This document shows, piece after piece, positions 1 to 12,107 of a stretch of DNA of 64,000 nucleotides. A program made the translations under genes and the position numbers. The notes beneath the pieces are model-generated. The model saw only the letters and a list, made by a program, of their open reading frames with translations. It was not told where the DNA came from and ran no database searches. Numbering within the stretch: position 1 is the stretch's first letter; each line of letters begins with the position of its first letter. Origin of the DNA: Chrysemys picta bellii (Eukaryota). The stretch spans positions 287,308,001 through 287,372,000 of the forward strand of contig NC_088792.1 in NCBI RefSeq assembly GCF_011386835.1. Reading direction: 5' to 3'.

Positions 1-658
1 GGCCATCCCTGATGCTTCAGAGGAAGGAGATAAGGGGAGGTGTGCCTTCCTGACCCCTGCAGGTGGCAGGCAAATTCAAAGGACAGTTTCATGTTAAAGA
101 TCATTTGATTTTTTTAAAAACCATGATTAAAGCAGCTAATGTGAATAAAGGCAGCTACTTTTTAAAGTCACTTAACAATCCAGCAACACTTCTGAATTTA
201 GAGCTGTTTTTAGCAGCTCTAAATAAATGAAACCTAAAATCTCTTCACTATTTCATGGCCAAGGCTCAGCACAATGAAATTTAACAGTTATAAATCCAGA
301 TGTTTCAGGAAGATACAAATTACGAGTCTTACATTGTGACCTAATGTTTGTACACTCGGTTTAAGACTAAGGGAAACAATGGGGTCCTAACCCCTGCTTG
401 GGTGAAGTGGAAGCATAAAATACAGCCAAGTAGGATATATTTGTGGCTATTCACTCTGGGCTATTTTATAGGACCCCTTGTCATACCAGCTTGTCAATGA
501 CATTGGGATGATAGTTGGCTTTCCCGTTTTGCAGTTTTGTAAGCAATATGCACAAGAGACTCCTGGGATGTTGGCTACCACCTTCTGATCCACTGTGCAA
601 CTGGCACACATTCCAAGGAAAGACACCCCACACCATCTGCACTCAAAATCTTGACCTT

Positions 659-664
659 TTTATT
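659..664 (-). terminator. EEF1D: EEF1D polyadenylation signal AATAAA
   Basis: tttatt on + strand, about 34 nt past the EEF1D stop codon; fits a short 3'UTR. Confidence 0.7.
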
Positions 665-697
665 AGTTACAGTTCCAGAAAGGATAAACGTCAGCTC

Positions 698-736
698 TTA
701 GATCTTGTTGAAAGCCGCTATGTCGACACTCTGCAC
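698..736 (-). CDS. EEF1D: EEF1D last coding exon (VQSVDIAAFNKI*)
   Basis: Canonical eEF1B C-terminus; acceptor ttctatttcag; TAA at 698-700. Confidence 0.97.
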   Translation of the reverse strand: MQSVDIAAFNKI

Positions 737-971
737 CTGAAATAGAACAAGAAATGCTGTTAAAGATCAGAAAATACGTTCCAGAGATTTAAGATGTACA
801 GAACGCACACTTACTGGGGTGGTCTCTTGACAGAAGACGTTTGCCCTAACCACCTCAAAGTTTATAAAGCACAATCCTTTATTAAAAGACCATTTTTTAT
901 AAGTCAACAATTAGTCCTGCGAATGGTCATATTTTAAGATTGGGAGCTTATATAACTGGTAATGGCAATCA

Positions 972-1185
972 GGAGGGATAGCTCAGTGGTTTGAGCATTG
1001 CCTGCTAAACCCAGGGTTGAGAGTTCAATCCTTGAGGGGGCCACTTAGGGATCTGGGGCAAAATCAGTACTTGGTCCTGCTAATGAAGGCAGGGGACTGA
1101 ACTCGATGACCTTTCAAGGTCCCTTCCAGTTCTAGGAGATAAGATATCTCCATTATTATTAATTATTATTATTATTATTTATTTA
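972..1185 (+). mobile_element. Tortoise PolIII-type tRNA-derived SINE with CR1-like 3' end and (ATT)n tail
   Basis: A box TAGCTCAGTGG, B box GAGTTCAATCC, body ggggccacttagggatctggggc, 3' gacctttcaaggtcccttccagttct; near-identical copy at 9184. Confidence 0.85.
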
Positions 1186-2002
1186 TTTTTTTTTTTAGGA
1201 TCAGAACCCCATTGTGCTGGGGCTTGTACAAACGGCAAGAAAAAGTTCCCACCCCAAAGAGCTTACAAATTAAAACTGGTTTCAGACTCACCCTATAGAA
1301 AGGGGAGAAGTTCCATTTTTAATTATGGTCTGTGGGCCAGGATAGAATTTAGAACTGCATGTGCTTTCCTGAATCCACAGCAACTTCCCACTGACGTGAA
1401 AGGTTAGTTTGCACAGATCAAAGGGAGGAGAGAGTTAATTTACTACAGAAAGGCTATGTTAATATTTGTCAATGCGCCTTGTCACCTTCAGAACCACTCA
1501 GTGGGGAAAAAACTAGCCTTCAGGATTGCCACTATTTCTGCTCTTTGTTTCTCTCCTTGTCCCCATCCTTGGGAGTCTCCTCTCTTCCCCACACAATAAG
1601 TCCCAATTCCACCTCTGCTGTAGACGTCACTCCACCCCACATCCATGTCCCAGCCCAGCCGCTAAAACAATCAGCAGCAAAACAGTGAACTGCTGTCCCT
1701 GAAGCACCCGGAACTAGGCACCCCAGTGAGTACAAGGGCAAGGGCGGTTCACACCTCAAAGCGATTGCTTCAGGCTGTTTGCAGGCTCTGGGACAGCATC
1801 CTTATGCTCGCCATGGTTTCAAGGTTATCGTCACAAACATGGGGACTAAAAACTCAAGTCCCCGCCCACCCTTGAAAGTTTAGATGATGCAGAATCTGAA
1901 TATACTGTAGGCTGCAAACACATGAAGTGGATCAAAATCTGGGGTGTGGGTTTAAGGGCCCAGGTGTTTGAAAGCACTGCAAGGCACCAGGGGAGGACTT
2001 AC

Positions 2003-2197
2003 GTAGTCTTCAAACTTGGTGATCTCCTCCTCCAGTATGTCTGTTCCAATCTTGTCATCCTCCACTACACACTGGATCTGGAGTTTCTTAATACCGTAGC
2101 CCACTGGAACCAACTTGGAGGCTCCCCAAACCAGGCCGTCCATCTGAACGGACCGGACGCACTCCTCCATCTTTGCCATGTCAGTTTCATCGTCCCA
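2003..2197 (-). CDS. EEF1D: EEF1D exon, GEF domain ([16 protein letters not shown]...EITKFEDY)
   Basis: eEF1B GEF-domain sequence; acceptor ttgtgctttgttag, donor TAC|GTAAG; 195 nt, phase 0/0. Confidence 0.97.
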
Positions 2198-3435
2198 CTA
2201 ACAAAGCACAAAAAGGGACCTTAGAAGGTTTACCTACATTAGCATTAGGCTGTGGGACTGTCTGTCGGGACTGAGGACTCTGCAATCCTCAACAGGATCT
2301 TATGTGGTATGTATTCCAATTCCATACATAAGTCAGCAACAAGAGGTTTAACACACTACCGTATAGGGCTGCGATCAGGAAAGCAGCGAGGAGATGCGAG
2401 ATGGAACTCTTCTGTGCTCAGCAGAGAACAAGACTGACAAAATCATGAATTCTACTTGTACCTGCCAATTTGCTAGGCAATGCTCTAGTCAGTGATGCGC
2501 CAGTATTCAGCTCTTCCCACCTAGTTTTGCCATCAGTCTCTGTTAATGAGTCCTTTCTTTGATGAAAGGAGCCTTTCCCAGAGGAATCAAGTTTGACTCT
2601 GCATGAAGCGAGACCAAGTTACTGCAGAAGATCTGGATTCTGCATACCTAAGGGGAAGTGTTCTTGGAATGATGTGTCACTTCTTCCATCTCAGGGTCTC
2701 AGCTTCAAGAACTAACTCTAAGCCCTTGATAGTTGGTAAAACTACTACTTAGCACTTATCTAGTTAGCCCAAAGTGTTGGGTAATCCTATACACCTCTGT
2801 TTCATTGTCCTCTTGAGAGAGTTTGTGCTTTACTGATCATTAATCTGTGCTTGTATTTCAGGCTTTTATTCCCTATGTGTGTGCTCTAACAGGTGCAAGT
2901 TTTGTCAAGGGCTTTTCCACACAGACATCATGCATGGCAAGCCAGGGTGTGAACGTACAAACACTGTAGCCTGCCACACTAAGACTGAAACAGCAGTATG
3001 TCCAAGCGCACTATGGAACTTTTAGTGCGTGGTAGCAGGGCCCACCTGCCCAGATAGTGCACAGCAGGCTAGAGAGCTAAGGATTTACACCCCAGCTTCC
3101 CACACTCTAACTGACCACGTAAATAATCCCCAAGAGAAGATCTTCCAAACCAGGGGTGATCAAACTGCAGCCCACAGAACATCTGCAACTGCCATCTTTA
3201 ATATGGAGCAGAATGGCTCACAGATCCCATCATGCAATGCTCAATGCCGATCCAAACAACTGCATGCTGATAGGTTCTGTAATTTATGCACCAGATCATC
3301 TACACAGGGCAGCTGCAGTCTGCAAGTTAGATGCAACCCACACACTCCTGCAATGTTACAATCATAATCTCAGGACAGGCACCCCACTTCAGAGCCAAAA
3401 CAGTTGTTGTGTAAGGAATAGCTTAAGCTGCTTAC

Positions 3436-3705
3436 AGGCTTGACATCCAGAAGGATGGACGACTTGGCAATGAGGCCAGGCTTTTTAGACTTCTTCTCCG
3501 CATACTGGCGTAGTCGCTCTTCCCGAACTTTGGCAGCCTCCTGGTCTTCCTCTTCATCCCCACTGCCAAATAGGTCAATGTCATCATCCTCATCTTCGTC
3601 GTCAGCCTCAGATGGTCCTACTTTCTTTGCAGGGGGAGCAGAAGGGAGTTCCACTTTCTTTGGGGGAGCAGCAGGTGATTCCACCTTCTTCATTGGGGTG
3701 ACATG
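3436..3705 (-). CDS. EEF1D: EEF1D exon, acidic/CAR region (HVTPMKK...[15 protein letters not shown]...SSILLDVKP)
   Basis: DDDIDLFGS motif and SSILLDVKP; donor CCT|GTAAG; 270 nt, phase 0/0. Confidence 0.95.
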
Positions 3706-4436
3706 CTTCATGGAAGCAATGGGCAAAAGAGGGAGAAAATAAATCCAAGTGTAAAACAAAGCAGCAAACTCCACCCCCCGTCACAGTGATGACCTGACTT
3801 GCCAAAACTAGACTATGCCACCATCCAAAGGCAAGAGCTCAGAGTCATGCAGCCAGGAGCTTGGTGCTTCTATTCCAGGCACTCAATGGCCTGGGCCCAG
3901 CATATCTAAAAGAGCCTAAGTGCCAGGCACATGTCCGCAGGTTGCCTTCGCTAAGCAGCATAGCAACATGTACACTTAAAAATAACCCCCCAAACAAATT
4001 GCTCCAGCGCACAAACAATTCTTCCTGTGGGCAAGGGAGGGAAGAGAGGCGTGAACCACGTTACGTAGGTTAATCTCACTGCTCAGTGCCCTGCTGGAAG
4101 GCACTTTAAGGGTACGTCTCTGCAGCCAAGAAAAACCTGTGGCTGGCCTGTGCAGCCGACTGGCTCGTGGCGCTCAGGCTGCAAGGCATTTTACAGCAAC
4201 GAAACAGCTCCACGAACCACAGTCATCTGGCACATCCAGCCGAGGGTTTAATACTGGTACACTGCGATGATGACTGTGAAGGTTGGTTGAGGTGGAGGAG
4301 TCAGAGGGTGGGAGATTTCCCTTACTGATAAATGATGAACTAGTAATTGGCTGAGCCCTCAAGGGTTAACTCTCTCTCTACACAAGGCAGCAGGACGGAG
4401 GGAGATATGCGCATTTCCCCTTTAAGAACCTGGCCT

Positions 4437-4928
4437 TGTTAATTCTGAGACTGCAGCTGCTGCAAGCTCCCTCCATCCTGAGCCCTGGTGTGTTTCCCCT
4501 GCTCTGTGGAAGATGGGGTAAGCGGAGTGCAGGAGCAGGGGGGAGGGGAACACCCTGACATTAGCCCCCCTTTCCTTCCCTCCCCCCCCGCACAGCAAGC
4601 AGGAGTCTCGGGGAGCAGCTCCAAGGCAGAGGGCAGGAGCAGCACATGGCAGTGGGGGAGGGACAGCTGCAATTGGTAGCCTGCTGGGCAGCTGCTGCAC
4701 AGGGAACTTAGGGGAGCGGGGAGCTGACGGGGGGCTGCCGGTCCACCCTGGTTCCAAGCCCCCACCAGCTAGCTGCAACGGGCTGCTCTTCCTGCAAGCA
4801 GCAGACAAAGCAGGCGGCTGCCAAACAACGTCAGAAGGGAGCATTGCGCAACTTTAAACGAGCATGTTCCCTACTTGATCAGCAACGAAACAACGTTAAT
4901 CTGGACGACTTTACGTGAGGAGTTACTG
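4437..4928 (-). mobile_element. Partial Tc1/mariner (Tigger-like) non-autonomous element
   Basis: Ends ...gtgaggagttactg+TA; reverse complement resembles the left end of the complete element at 29825-30664. Confidence 0.65.
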
Positions 4929-5474
4929 TACGAGTATTTATAGAATACAATACACAGGGGCAAAAGTTAATTCCATTAAAGGTCTCCAATGCATCCTCCA
5001 AACTGGAGCAAGATGCAATGGATACAGGATACTCAGCTCCCAGAGATATTACTTTTTCCTACTCGAGGCAAAGATTCTCACAAGGCTTGTGAGAACCAAT
5101 AGGTCCCCAAGTCTGTCCATCTGTATAGGTCTCTCCTTGCTATATACCTAATAGGTACCAAAACGCTTAGTTTACTTAGTGTGCGCCCATTTATACTCAA
5201 GTGTCAATTACTGGCTTAGCATCACAGATTTTGGTGGACCTCTGCAGATTTGTCCCAGCTGAGGATCTGGCCCATCACATATCCTCTTCACTGGGCCTGA
5301 AGCAGGAGAATCCATGCTCTGCATCTGCACATGGGCTGAGATGAGGACGAAAGAGCAGCTCTAGAAGGCTCTGCTGGGGAGGCCTTGGCTAACACTCGTG
5401 CAGAGATCGCTTTTCTCCTTAGTAGATGGCATGAAGTATTCTAAACGGACCTGGCACCTTGAGGAGTTGATTAC

Positions 5475-5578
5475 CTGGGTTGGCGGCGTTGCTGAGGGAT
5501 GGTGAGAGGTGGAGGATTTTTCTAGCGTGTTCAGGCGAGTTTCCAGCTTGGAGATGGCCAGCTGAAGATCTGCAACAA
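5475..5578 (-). CDS. EEF1D: EEF1D exon (VVADLQLAISKLETRLNTLEKSS...PPTQ), leucine zipper
   Basis: Acceptor tcccttttctag, donor CAG|GTAAT; 104 nt, phase 1/0, matches previous exon. Confidence 0.95.
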
Positions 5579-5866
5579 CTAGAAAAGGGAGAAAGAACTC
5601 TCTCATCTTACTGGTTCAACACATGGCAGAAGATGCAGCAATTCTTTGGTCAGGTCAGGATGAGTTTGCTTTCACTCTAGGCAGGCTACCAAGCAAACTG
5701 CATCTATCCCAACGCGAGAGAAATCCTCGCTCCAACGTTAACAAAACCACCAGCAAAATACACACAATTCACAGGGCTTCACGACATACACTGAGTGGTC
5801 AGCAAGATGTGCCTGCCACTAGCTGCCAAGTCCAATGTGTTTTCTTGCCAGAGATTTCTCACTTAC

Positions 5867-5966
5867 CACTGTGGAGATTTTGGTTCTCCACCTCCAGGTT
5901 AGCTATTCTGGTGACGAGCTCATTTTGGTCACCACCAGGCCCAGCAGAAGAGGTCGTGCTTGCACT
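5867..5966 (-). CDS. EEF1D: EEF1D exon (SASTTSSAGPGGDQNELVTRIANLEVENQNLHS), leucine zipper start
   Basis: Acceptor cccttgttgcag, donor G|GTAAG; 100 nt, phase 0/1. Confidence 0.95.
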
Positions 5967-6456
5967 CTGCAACAAGGGAAACCAAGATGAAAAACTAGCC
6001 TGTTCACTCAGTTCTCAGACTAAGACAGACATGCTGCCTCTCTAAAGCAGGAAGGCAGTAGACAACACTGGGGAAAAAGAACAGATTTTACCGGCTAGCT
6101 AGGAAAGAGCCCTTTTGATCGCAAGCCTTTTAAAGCAAACGTTAAACACAAAAATCAGAATGTAATTCATGTGCCAATTTCTAGTGGAGCTGGCAGGTTC
6201 AGAAGAACACCACATTTCTACAGTCCCAAACTGTGGGCTACCTTAATATTTGCATCTCTAGCATCTTCCAAAGCTTCTCTAGTGCACCTCAAAAAATTTA
6301 CAAACATTACTTACACTAACACCCCTGCTAAGGAGGTGAAGAGCTTCAAATTACAGACAAGGAAACTGAGGTACAGATGGCTGAAGTGACTTAGCTGAGG
6401 TCATTCAGTAAATCAGTGGCAAAGGTAGGAATAGAACATGAGAACATAGAACTAGC

Positions 6457-8630
6457 AAAAGACTAACAGCAAACAATTTTGTTCAGAAGCAGGAAGCCTG
6501 CCAAACAACCAGTGGGGCCGCTGGACGATCGAGGGGCTAAAGGAGCACTAAAGGAAGACAAGGCCATTGTGGAGAAGCTAAATTAATTATTTGCATCATC
6601 TTCATTGCAGAGGATGCGAGGGAGATTCCCATACCGGAGCCATTCTTTTTAAATCTGAAAACTTTCCCAGATTCAGGTGTCAACAGAGGACGTTTTGGCA
6701 CAAACTGATAAATTAAACAGTAACTGGTCACTAGGATCAGATGGGATTCAGCCAAGGATTCTGAAGGAATTCAAATATGAAACTGCAGAACTATTAACTG
6801 TGGTACGTAGCCTATCGTCTAAATCTGCTTCTGTACCAGATGACTGGAGGACTGGCTAATGTGATGCCGATTTTTAAAAAAGGCTCCAGAGGTAATCCTG
6901 ACAATTGCAGGCCAGTAAGCCTAACTTCAGTACCAGGCAAACTGGTTGAAACGATAGTAAAGAACAGAATTATCAGACACATACATGAACAGGATTTGTT
7001 GGGAAAGTCAACATGGCTTTTGTAAAGGGAAATCCTGCCTCAATCTACTAGAATTCTTTGAGAGGGTCAACAAATATGTGGACAAGGATGATCCCGTAGA
7101 TATAAAGCAACAGAGGGTCCTGTGGCACCTTTGAGACTAACAGAAGTATTGGGAGCATAAGCTTTCGTGGGTAAGAACCTCACTTCTTCAGATGCAAGTA
7201 ATGGAAATCTCCAGAGGCAGGTATAAATCAGTATGGAGATAACGAGGTTAAGAAGTGAGATTCTTACCCACGAAAGCTTATGCTCCCAATACTTCTGTTA
7301 GTCTCAAAGGTGCCACAGGACCCTCTGTTGCTTTTTACAGATTCAGACTAACACAGCTACCCCTCTGATACTTGACCCGTAGATATAGTGTACTTGGACT
7401 TTCACAAAGCCTTTGACAAGGTCCCTCACCAAAGGCTCTTAAGCAAACTAAGCATTCATAGCATAAAGAGACCATTCTCTCATGAATCACTAACTGGTTA
7501 AAAGATAGGAAACAAAGGGTAGGAATAAATGGTGAGTTATCAGAATGGAGAGAAGTAAAGAGTGGTGTCCACCAAGGATCTGTACTGGGATCGGTGCTGT
7601 TCAACATTCATAATGATCTGGAAAAGGGGTAAACAGTTTGCCGATGACACAAAATTACCCAAGATAGTTAAGTCCAAAGCAGACTGCGAAGAGCTACAAA
7701 GGGATCTCACAAAACTGCGTGACTGGGCAACAAAATGGCAGATGAAATTCAATGTTGATAAATGCAAAGTAATGCACATTGGAAAACAAAATCCCAACTA
7801 TATACACAAAATGATGAGGTCTAAATTTGCTGTTACCACTCAAGAAAGGGATCTTCGAGTCACTGCGGATAGTTCTCTGAAAACATCCACTCAATGTGTA
7901 AGGGCTGTCAAAAAAGCAAACAGTATGTAGGTTCCAGTAGGAAAGGGACAGATAGGAAGACAGTAAATATCATAATACCACTATATAAATCATGGTACAT
8001 CCACACCTTGAATACTGTGTGCAGTTCTGGTCGCCACATCTCAAAAAAGATGCATTAGAAACAGAAAAGGCACAGAGAAGGGCAAGAAAAATAATTAAGG
8101 CTATGGAACAGCTTCTAACTGGGACTGTTCAGCTTGGAAAAGAGACAAGTGACGGGGGTATGACATAGGTCTATAAAATCATGAATGGTGTGGAGAAAGT
8201 GAATAAGGAAGTATTATTTACTCCTTCGTGTAGAACAAGAACCAGGGATCACCCAATGAATAGGCAGTAGGTTTAAAATAAACAAAAGGAAATACTTCTT
8301 CATACAATACACAGTTAGCAAGTGGAATTTGTTGCCAAGGGATGCTGTGAAGGCCAAAACCGGGTTCAAAAAAGAACTAGATAAATTCATGGAGGATAGG
8401 TCCATCAATGGCTATTAGCCAAAATGGTTAGGGATACAATCCCATGCTCTGGGGATCCCTAAGCCTCTTGACTGCCAGATGCTGGGACTGGACCACAGGA
8501 GATGGGTCACCCGATGAGTGCCCCGCTCTGTTCATTCCCTTTAAAGCATCTGTCATTGGCCACTGGCGGAAGACAGGATATTGGCCTAGACGGACCATTG
8601 GTCTGACCTAGTATGGCCATTCTTATATTT
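6457..8630 (+). mobile_element. 5'-truncated, degenerate CR1 LINE (ORF2 reverse transcriptase plus 3'UTR), interrupted at 7105-7375
   Basis: Peptides DGIQPRILKE, RPVSLTSVPGKLVE, YLDFHKAFDKVPH, FADDTKL, KFNVDKCKVMHIG, with frameshifts and stops. Confidence 0.92.
7105..7375. mobile_element. Penelope-like element fold-back remnant nested in CR1
   Basis: 85-bp inverted arms 7104-7188 and 7250-7334 (1 mismatch); 12-bp TSD cccgtagatata at 7093-7104 and 7376-7387. Confidence 0.85.
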
Positions 8631-9183
8631 TCTGCAGTGAATTCGATAGCGTCCCGGGGTTCAGGTAACATGAGAACTATGTGTTCTGCTCTGCATTAGC
8701 CCCCCAGGGTCTTGTGTCCAGGGCACCAGGGATACTCCTGCAGATTGTTTTTCCCCCCCAAGTTACACAAACCAGTCTTGTGGCTGCCCTGCTATAGGTT
8801 GGCTCCTAAGCTTGGTGGGTGCCAGGAAAGGCTGGGACGGCTGCGAAGGGAGCAGGAAGAAAAGAGGAGCATCGTCTATCTTTCATACAACCCCTTCCAG
8901 CTAGAAGAGGAGCACACCTTGGAGAACACCAGATTCAGCCCTCAGCCAAAGATTACTGTTCTGACACAAGGCTTTGGGTTAACGGGCAGATCTTAGAAGA
9001 AACCCCCCGCTCCTGGACCCCTGGAGTGTGGCTTCCAGGTGGCACAAGATGCCAAAATCTCAAGTCTCATCCAAAGGGCAAACCACTCGTGATAGGCACG
9101 GGCGCTGACATATAGGTGCAGATCTGCAATCCGGGGCCTTTAGCTCAGAGGTGGGAGAGCTACCTATTGAGTTCTTAAGAGGG

Positions 9184-9355
9184 GGGGAGGGATAGCTCAG
9201 TGGTTTGAGCATTGGCCTGCTAAACCCAGGTTGTGAGTTCAATCCTTGAGGGGGCCACTTAGGGATCTGGGGCAAAAATCAGTACTTGGTCCTGCTAGTG
9301 AAGGCAAGGGGCTGGACTCGATGACCTTTCAAGGTCCCTTCCAGTTCTATGAGAT
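9184..9355 (+). mobile_element. Tortoise PolIII-type SINE, second copy
   Basis: Near-identical to 972-1150, with A/B boxes and CR1-like tail. Confidence 0.85.
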
Positions 9356-9622
9356 ATGATATAATAGAATATATGGAGATATACCTATTATTTACATTAA
9401 GACCTATATTTTAACTGTGAATACTGACAGTCTGCCTATGGACAGACTCCCGAGTGTCCAGCATAGAATTGGTGGCAAATGCATTGCAAGAATTCATCAA
9501 ATCGCCTGGGGCCCATACACTTCAGCATGAAGTTTTTGTCCAAACGGGGGCTGTTTCTTCCTCCCGTTTATTCACAAAAGACAACCACTTGTTAGCTGTC
9601 CCCCATCCCCAACAGGACTTAC

Positions 9623-9694
9623 AGTCAGGTGACCTGACTTTCTCTTGGATTGGGCAGGTGGGGCTTCTTGGGGACTATCCAGAATGGTCTTGCG
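9623..9694 (-). CDS. EEF1D: EEF1D in-frame cassette exon candidate (RKTILDSPQEAPPAQSKRKSGHLT)
   Basis: Acceptor cctttcaccctttccag, donor ACT|GTAAGT; 72 nt, phase 0/0, no stop; lies between the KSLAG and SASTT exons. Confidence 0.75.
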
Positions 9695-10277
9695 CTGGAA
9701 AGGGTGAAAGGTTTGGGGATTCAGGACAAGTATAATATGAAAAAGAATAGAAGCACTTCACTCATGCTAGGGTGGGGCATTCAAATATGCATGCAGGAAA
9801 ACCATTCCGATTCATCAGGACAGCGAGCCATATCTTCACAGAATCCACATCCAAAACCACTGACCTGCTAAGAGTCAAGTGGATGGGGAGGAAAGCAGCA
9901 TTATATTAAAGCTTCCTAGTCAGCCTTGGCTTGAATTGCTGGGATAAAATGCAGTTTATATGCCAGGTATTAATATCCCCAACTTCTAGTTACACATCCT
10001 AGTACTTCCCAGGAGGGTACAATCGCTTGGTGACAGGACTAAGAATCAAGAGGTCTGGATTCTATCACCAGCCCTGACTGACTTGCAGTGTGATTTGGGC
10101 CAATTTCCCTATCTGCAAAATAATAAAAGACAGCGCACTATAGAAGTGCTAAATATCATTATATTATGTGGCATTTTTTATTGTCAAAGCATTGTAAAAA
10201 AATCAACTAATTAACTCTTAGCACTCTGGTATGACAGATAAGTATCCCCATTTTACAGACGGGAAACCAAGACACAG

Positions 10278-10531
10278 AGGATACATCAACACAGCAATCA
10301 GAAGGCATGACTGAAGCATATGCGGGCATACACATGCTTGCTCATGAAGAACAGCAGTGAAAGCACGGCAGCATGGGCTAGCCGCCTGAGTACGTACCCC
10401 GGGTCCCAGGTGGGATTATACTCTGACAGCTAGTCTGTAGCACTACAGCTACACTGCCATTTTTAGCAAGCTAGCTCAGATATGCTTATATGTACTGAAA
10501 TCACACCTCCTGAATGCCATATAGACATACC
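10278..10531. mobile_element. Degenerate PIF/Harbinger-like MITE
   Basis: Ends ggatacatcaacac / atagacataccc resemble the TIRs of the 29193 and 45645 elements. Confidence 0.4.
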
Positions 10532-11056
10532 CAGATAAATTAACTAACTTTCTTCAAGTCAGACTGAATCAGTGGCAGTCAGAATTAACTCAGGAGTTCC
10601 TAGCTCCCAGCCAGAAGCAAAATCCAGTAGACCACACTCATTTCTCTCCTACAGAGAATAAAGCAGCAGCGTCCACACTAAGCAAATAGCTCACATGACA
10701 AAAATCAGCAATGGCTTCCCCGCACCTTCCCAAATTGGTGTTGAAAATTAACTGCTAGCAAACACAGGACAACCAGAGTGAGCACCAGGTCATTTCCTTG
10801 TACAGACTCACTTTACAAGGCCACTGCTATCCCAGCTCAGTAAACCACGAGGTTTGCAAGGCTAAAACACATTGAAACCGTCAGCAGTTAGAACTCTTTC
10901 TGCTCTATTTACACAAAATATAGCTGGTTTAATTAAATGAGTGAATAAGGAACTGGAGTCTCTTCCATATACTATTTAAACCCATTTTCTTCCCCTCCAC
11001 CCATGTCACAGGCACAAGAAAACAAAGATTAGGCAAGGATGAGGATTTAACATCTT

Positions 11057-11172
11057 AGGCAGTCTCTAGACTGCCACTTTCAGCTCTAAAACTTTTGTTG
11101 TTCAGGGGTGTGAAAAAACACCCCTCTGAGCGATAAAAGTTTTAGCACTGAAAAGCGCCAATATAGACGCTG
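11057..11172. mobile_element. Short palindromic MITE (Harbinger-like)
   Basis: Internal hairpin aaaacttttgttgttcaggggtgt / acacccctctgagcgataaaagtttt. Confidence 0.45.
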
Positions 11173-11573
11173 CAGGGATACAAAGATCAGGAGCAGAAAG
11201 ACTGATGGACAGGCCCTGAAAACGGGGACATTCCAGGTTTTCAGAGATGCATGGTCAAGTACATTTATTCCTATGTGCAGTCAAGTGTTTTCCCTCTTAC
11301 TTTTGATTAAAAGATTGCATTGGATTTCCTCTTGGCAAAAACAAACTAATGGATTCTATTAAGGACGAGAATTCAAATGCAAAAAAAGTAGACATTCAAA
11401 GATTAAGGTTCCCACAGCATCACTGACTTGGTCACTTGACCATGTTATCTTTAATATTTACAAACGTGGATCTCTTTTGTATGGGAATCTTAGTTTTCAG
11501 TTCCTGATTTCAATGGGGTTAAATGTACATTGAATTAAGACATCTTATCTTAATATCTTGAATATCTGACATC

Positions 11574-12107
11574 AGGAATCAAAATACTCAAAAACCAGTG
11601 GGAGAACACTTTAATCTGTCTGGTCATTCAGTGACAGACCTGCGGGTGGCTATATTACAACAGAAAAACTTCAAAAACAGACTCCAACGAGAGACTGCTG
11701 AGCTGGAATTGATATGCAAACTAGACACAATCAACTCTGGTTTGAATAAGGACTGGGAATGGCTGAGCCATTACAAACATTGAATCTATCTCCCCTTGTA
11801 AGTATGCTCACACTTCTTATCAAACTGTCTGTACTGGGCTAGCTTGATTATCACTTCAAAAGTTTTTTTTCTCTTAATTAATTGGCCTCTCAGAGTTGGT
11901 AAGACAACTCCCACCTGTTTATGCTCTCTGTATGTGTGTATATATATCTCCTCAATATATGTTCCATTCTATATGCATCCGAAGAAGTAGGCTGTAGTCC
12001 ACGAAAGCTTATGCTCTAATAAATTTGTTAGTCTCTAAGGTGCCACAAGTACTCCTGTTCTTTTTGCGGATACAGACTAACACGGCTGCTACTCTGAAAC
12101 CTGTCAT
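11574..12107 (+). mobile_element. Penelope-like element 3' fragment (GIY-YIG endonuclease C-terminus plus terminal repeat)
   Basis: QKPVGEHFNLSGHSVTDLRVAILQQKNFKNRLQRETAELELICKLDTINSGLNKD, then the terminal repeat shared with the 42784, 47861 and 48516 copies. Confidence 0.85.

Noticed and set aside
972-1045. tRNA-like sequence (also at 9184)
   Set aside because: A/B boxes continue into a shared SINE body and CR1-like tail in both copies; it is a SINE head, not a tRNA gene
4174-4362. Possible alternative terminal EEF1D exon (PITSSSF...CLAA*)
   Set aside because: Weak acceptor with no pyrimidine tract and no recognisable homology
9721-9818. C/D snoRNA-like box pairs in EEF1D introns (also 23164-23279 and about 31125-31156)
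   Set aside because: Non-consensus C box or wrong spacing, no terminal stem; one lies inside a MIR-like repeat
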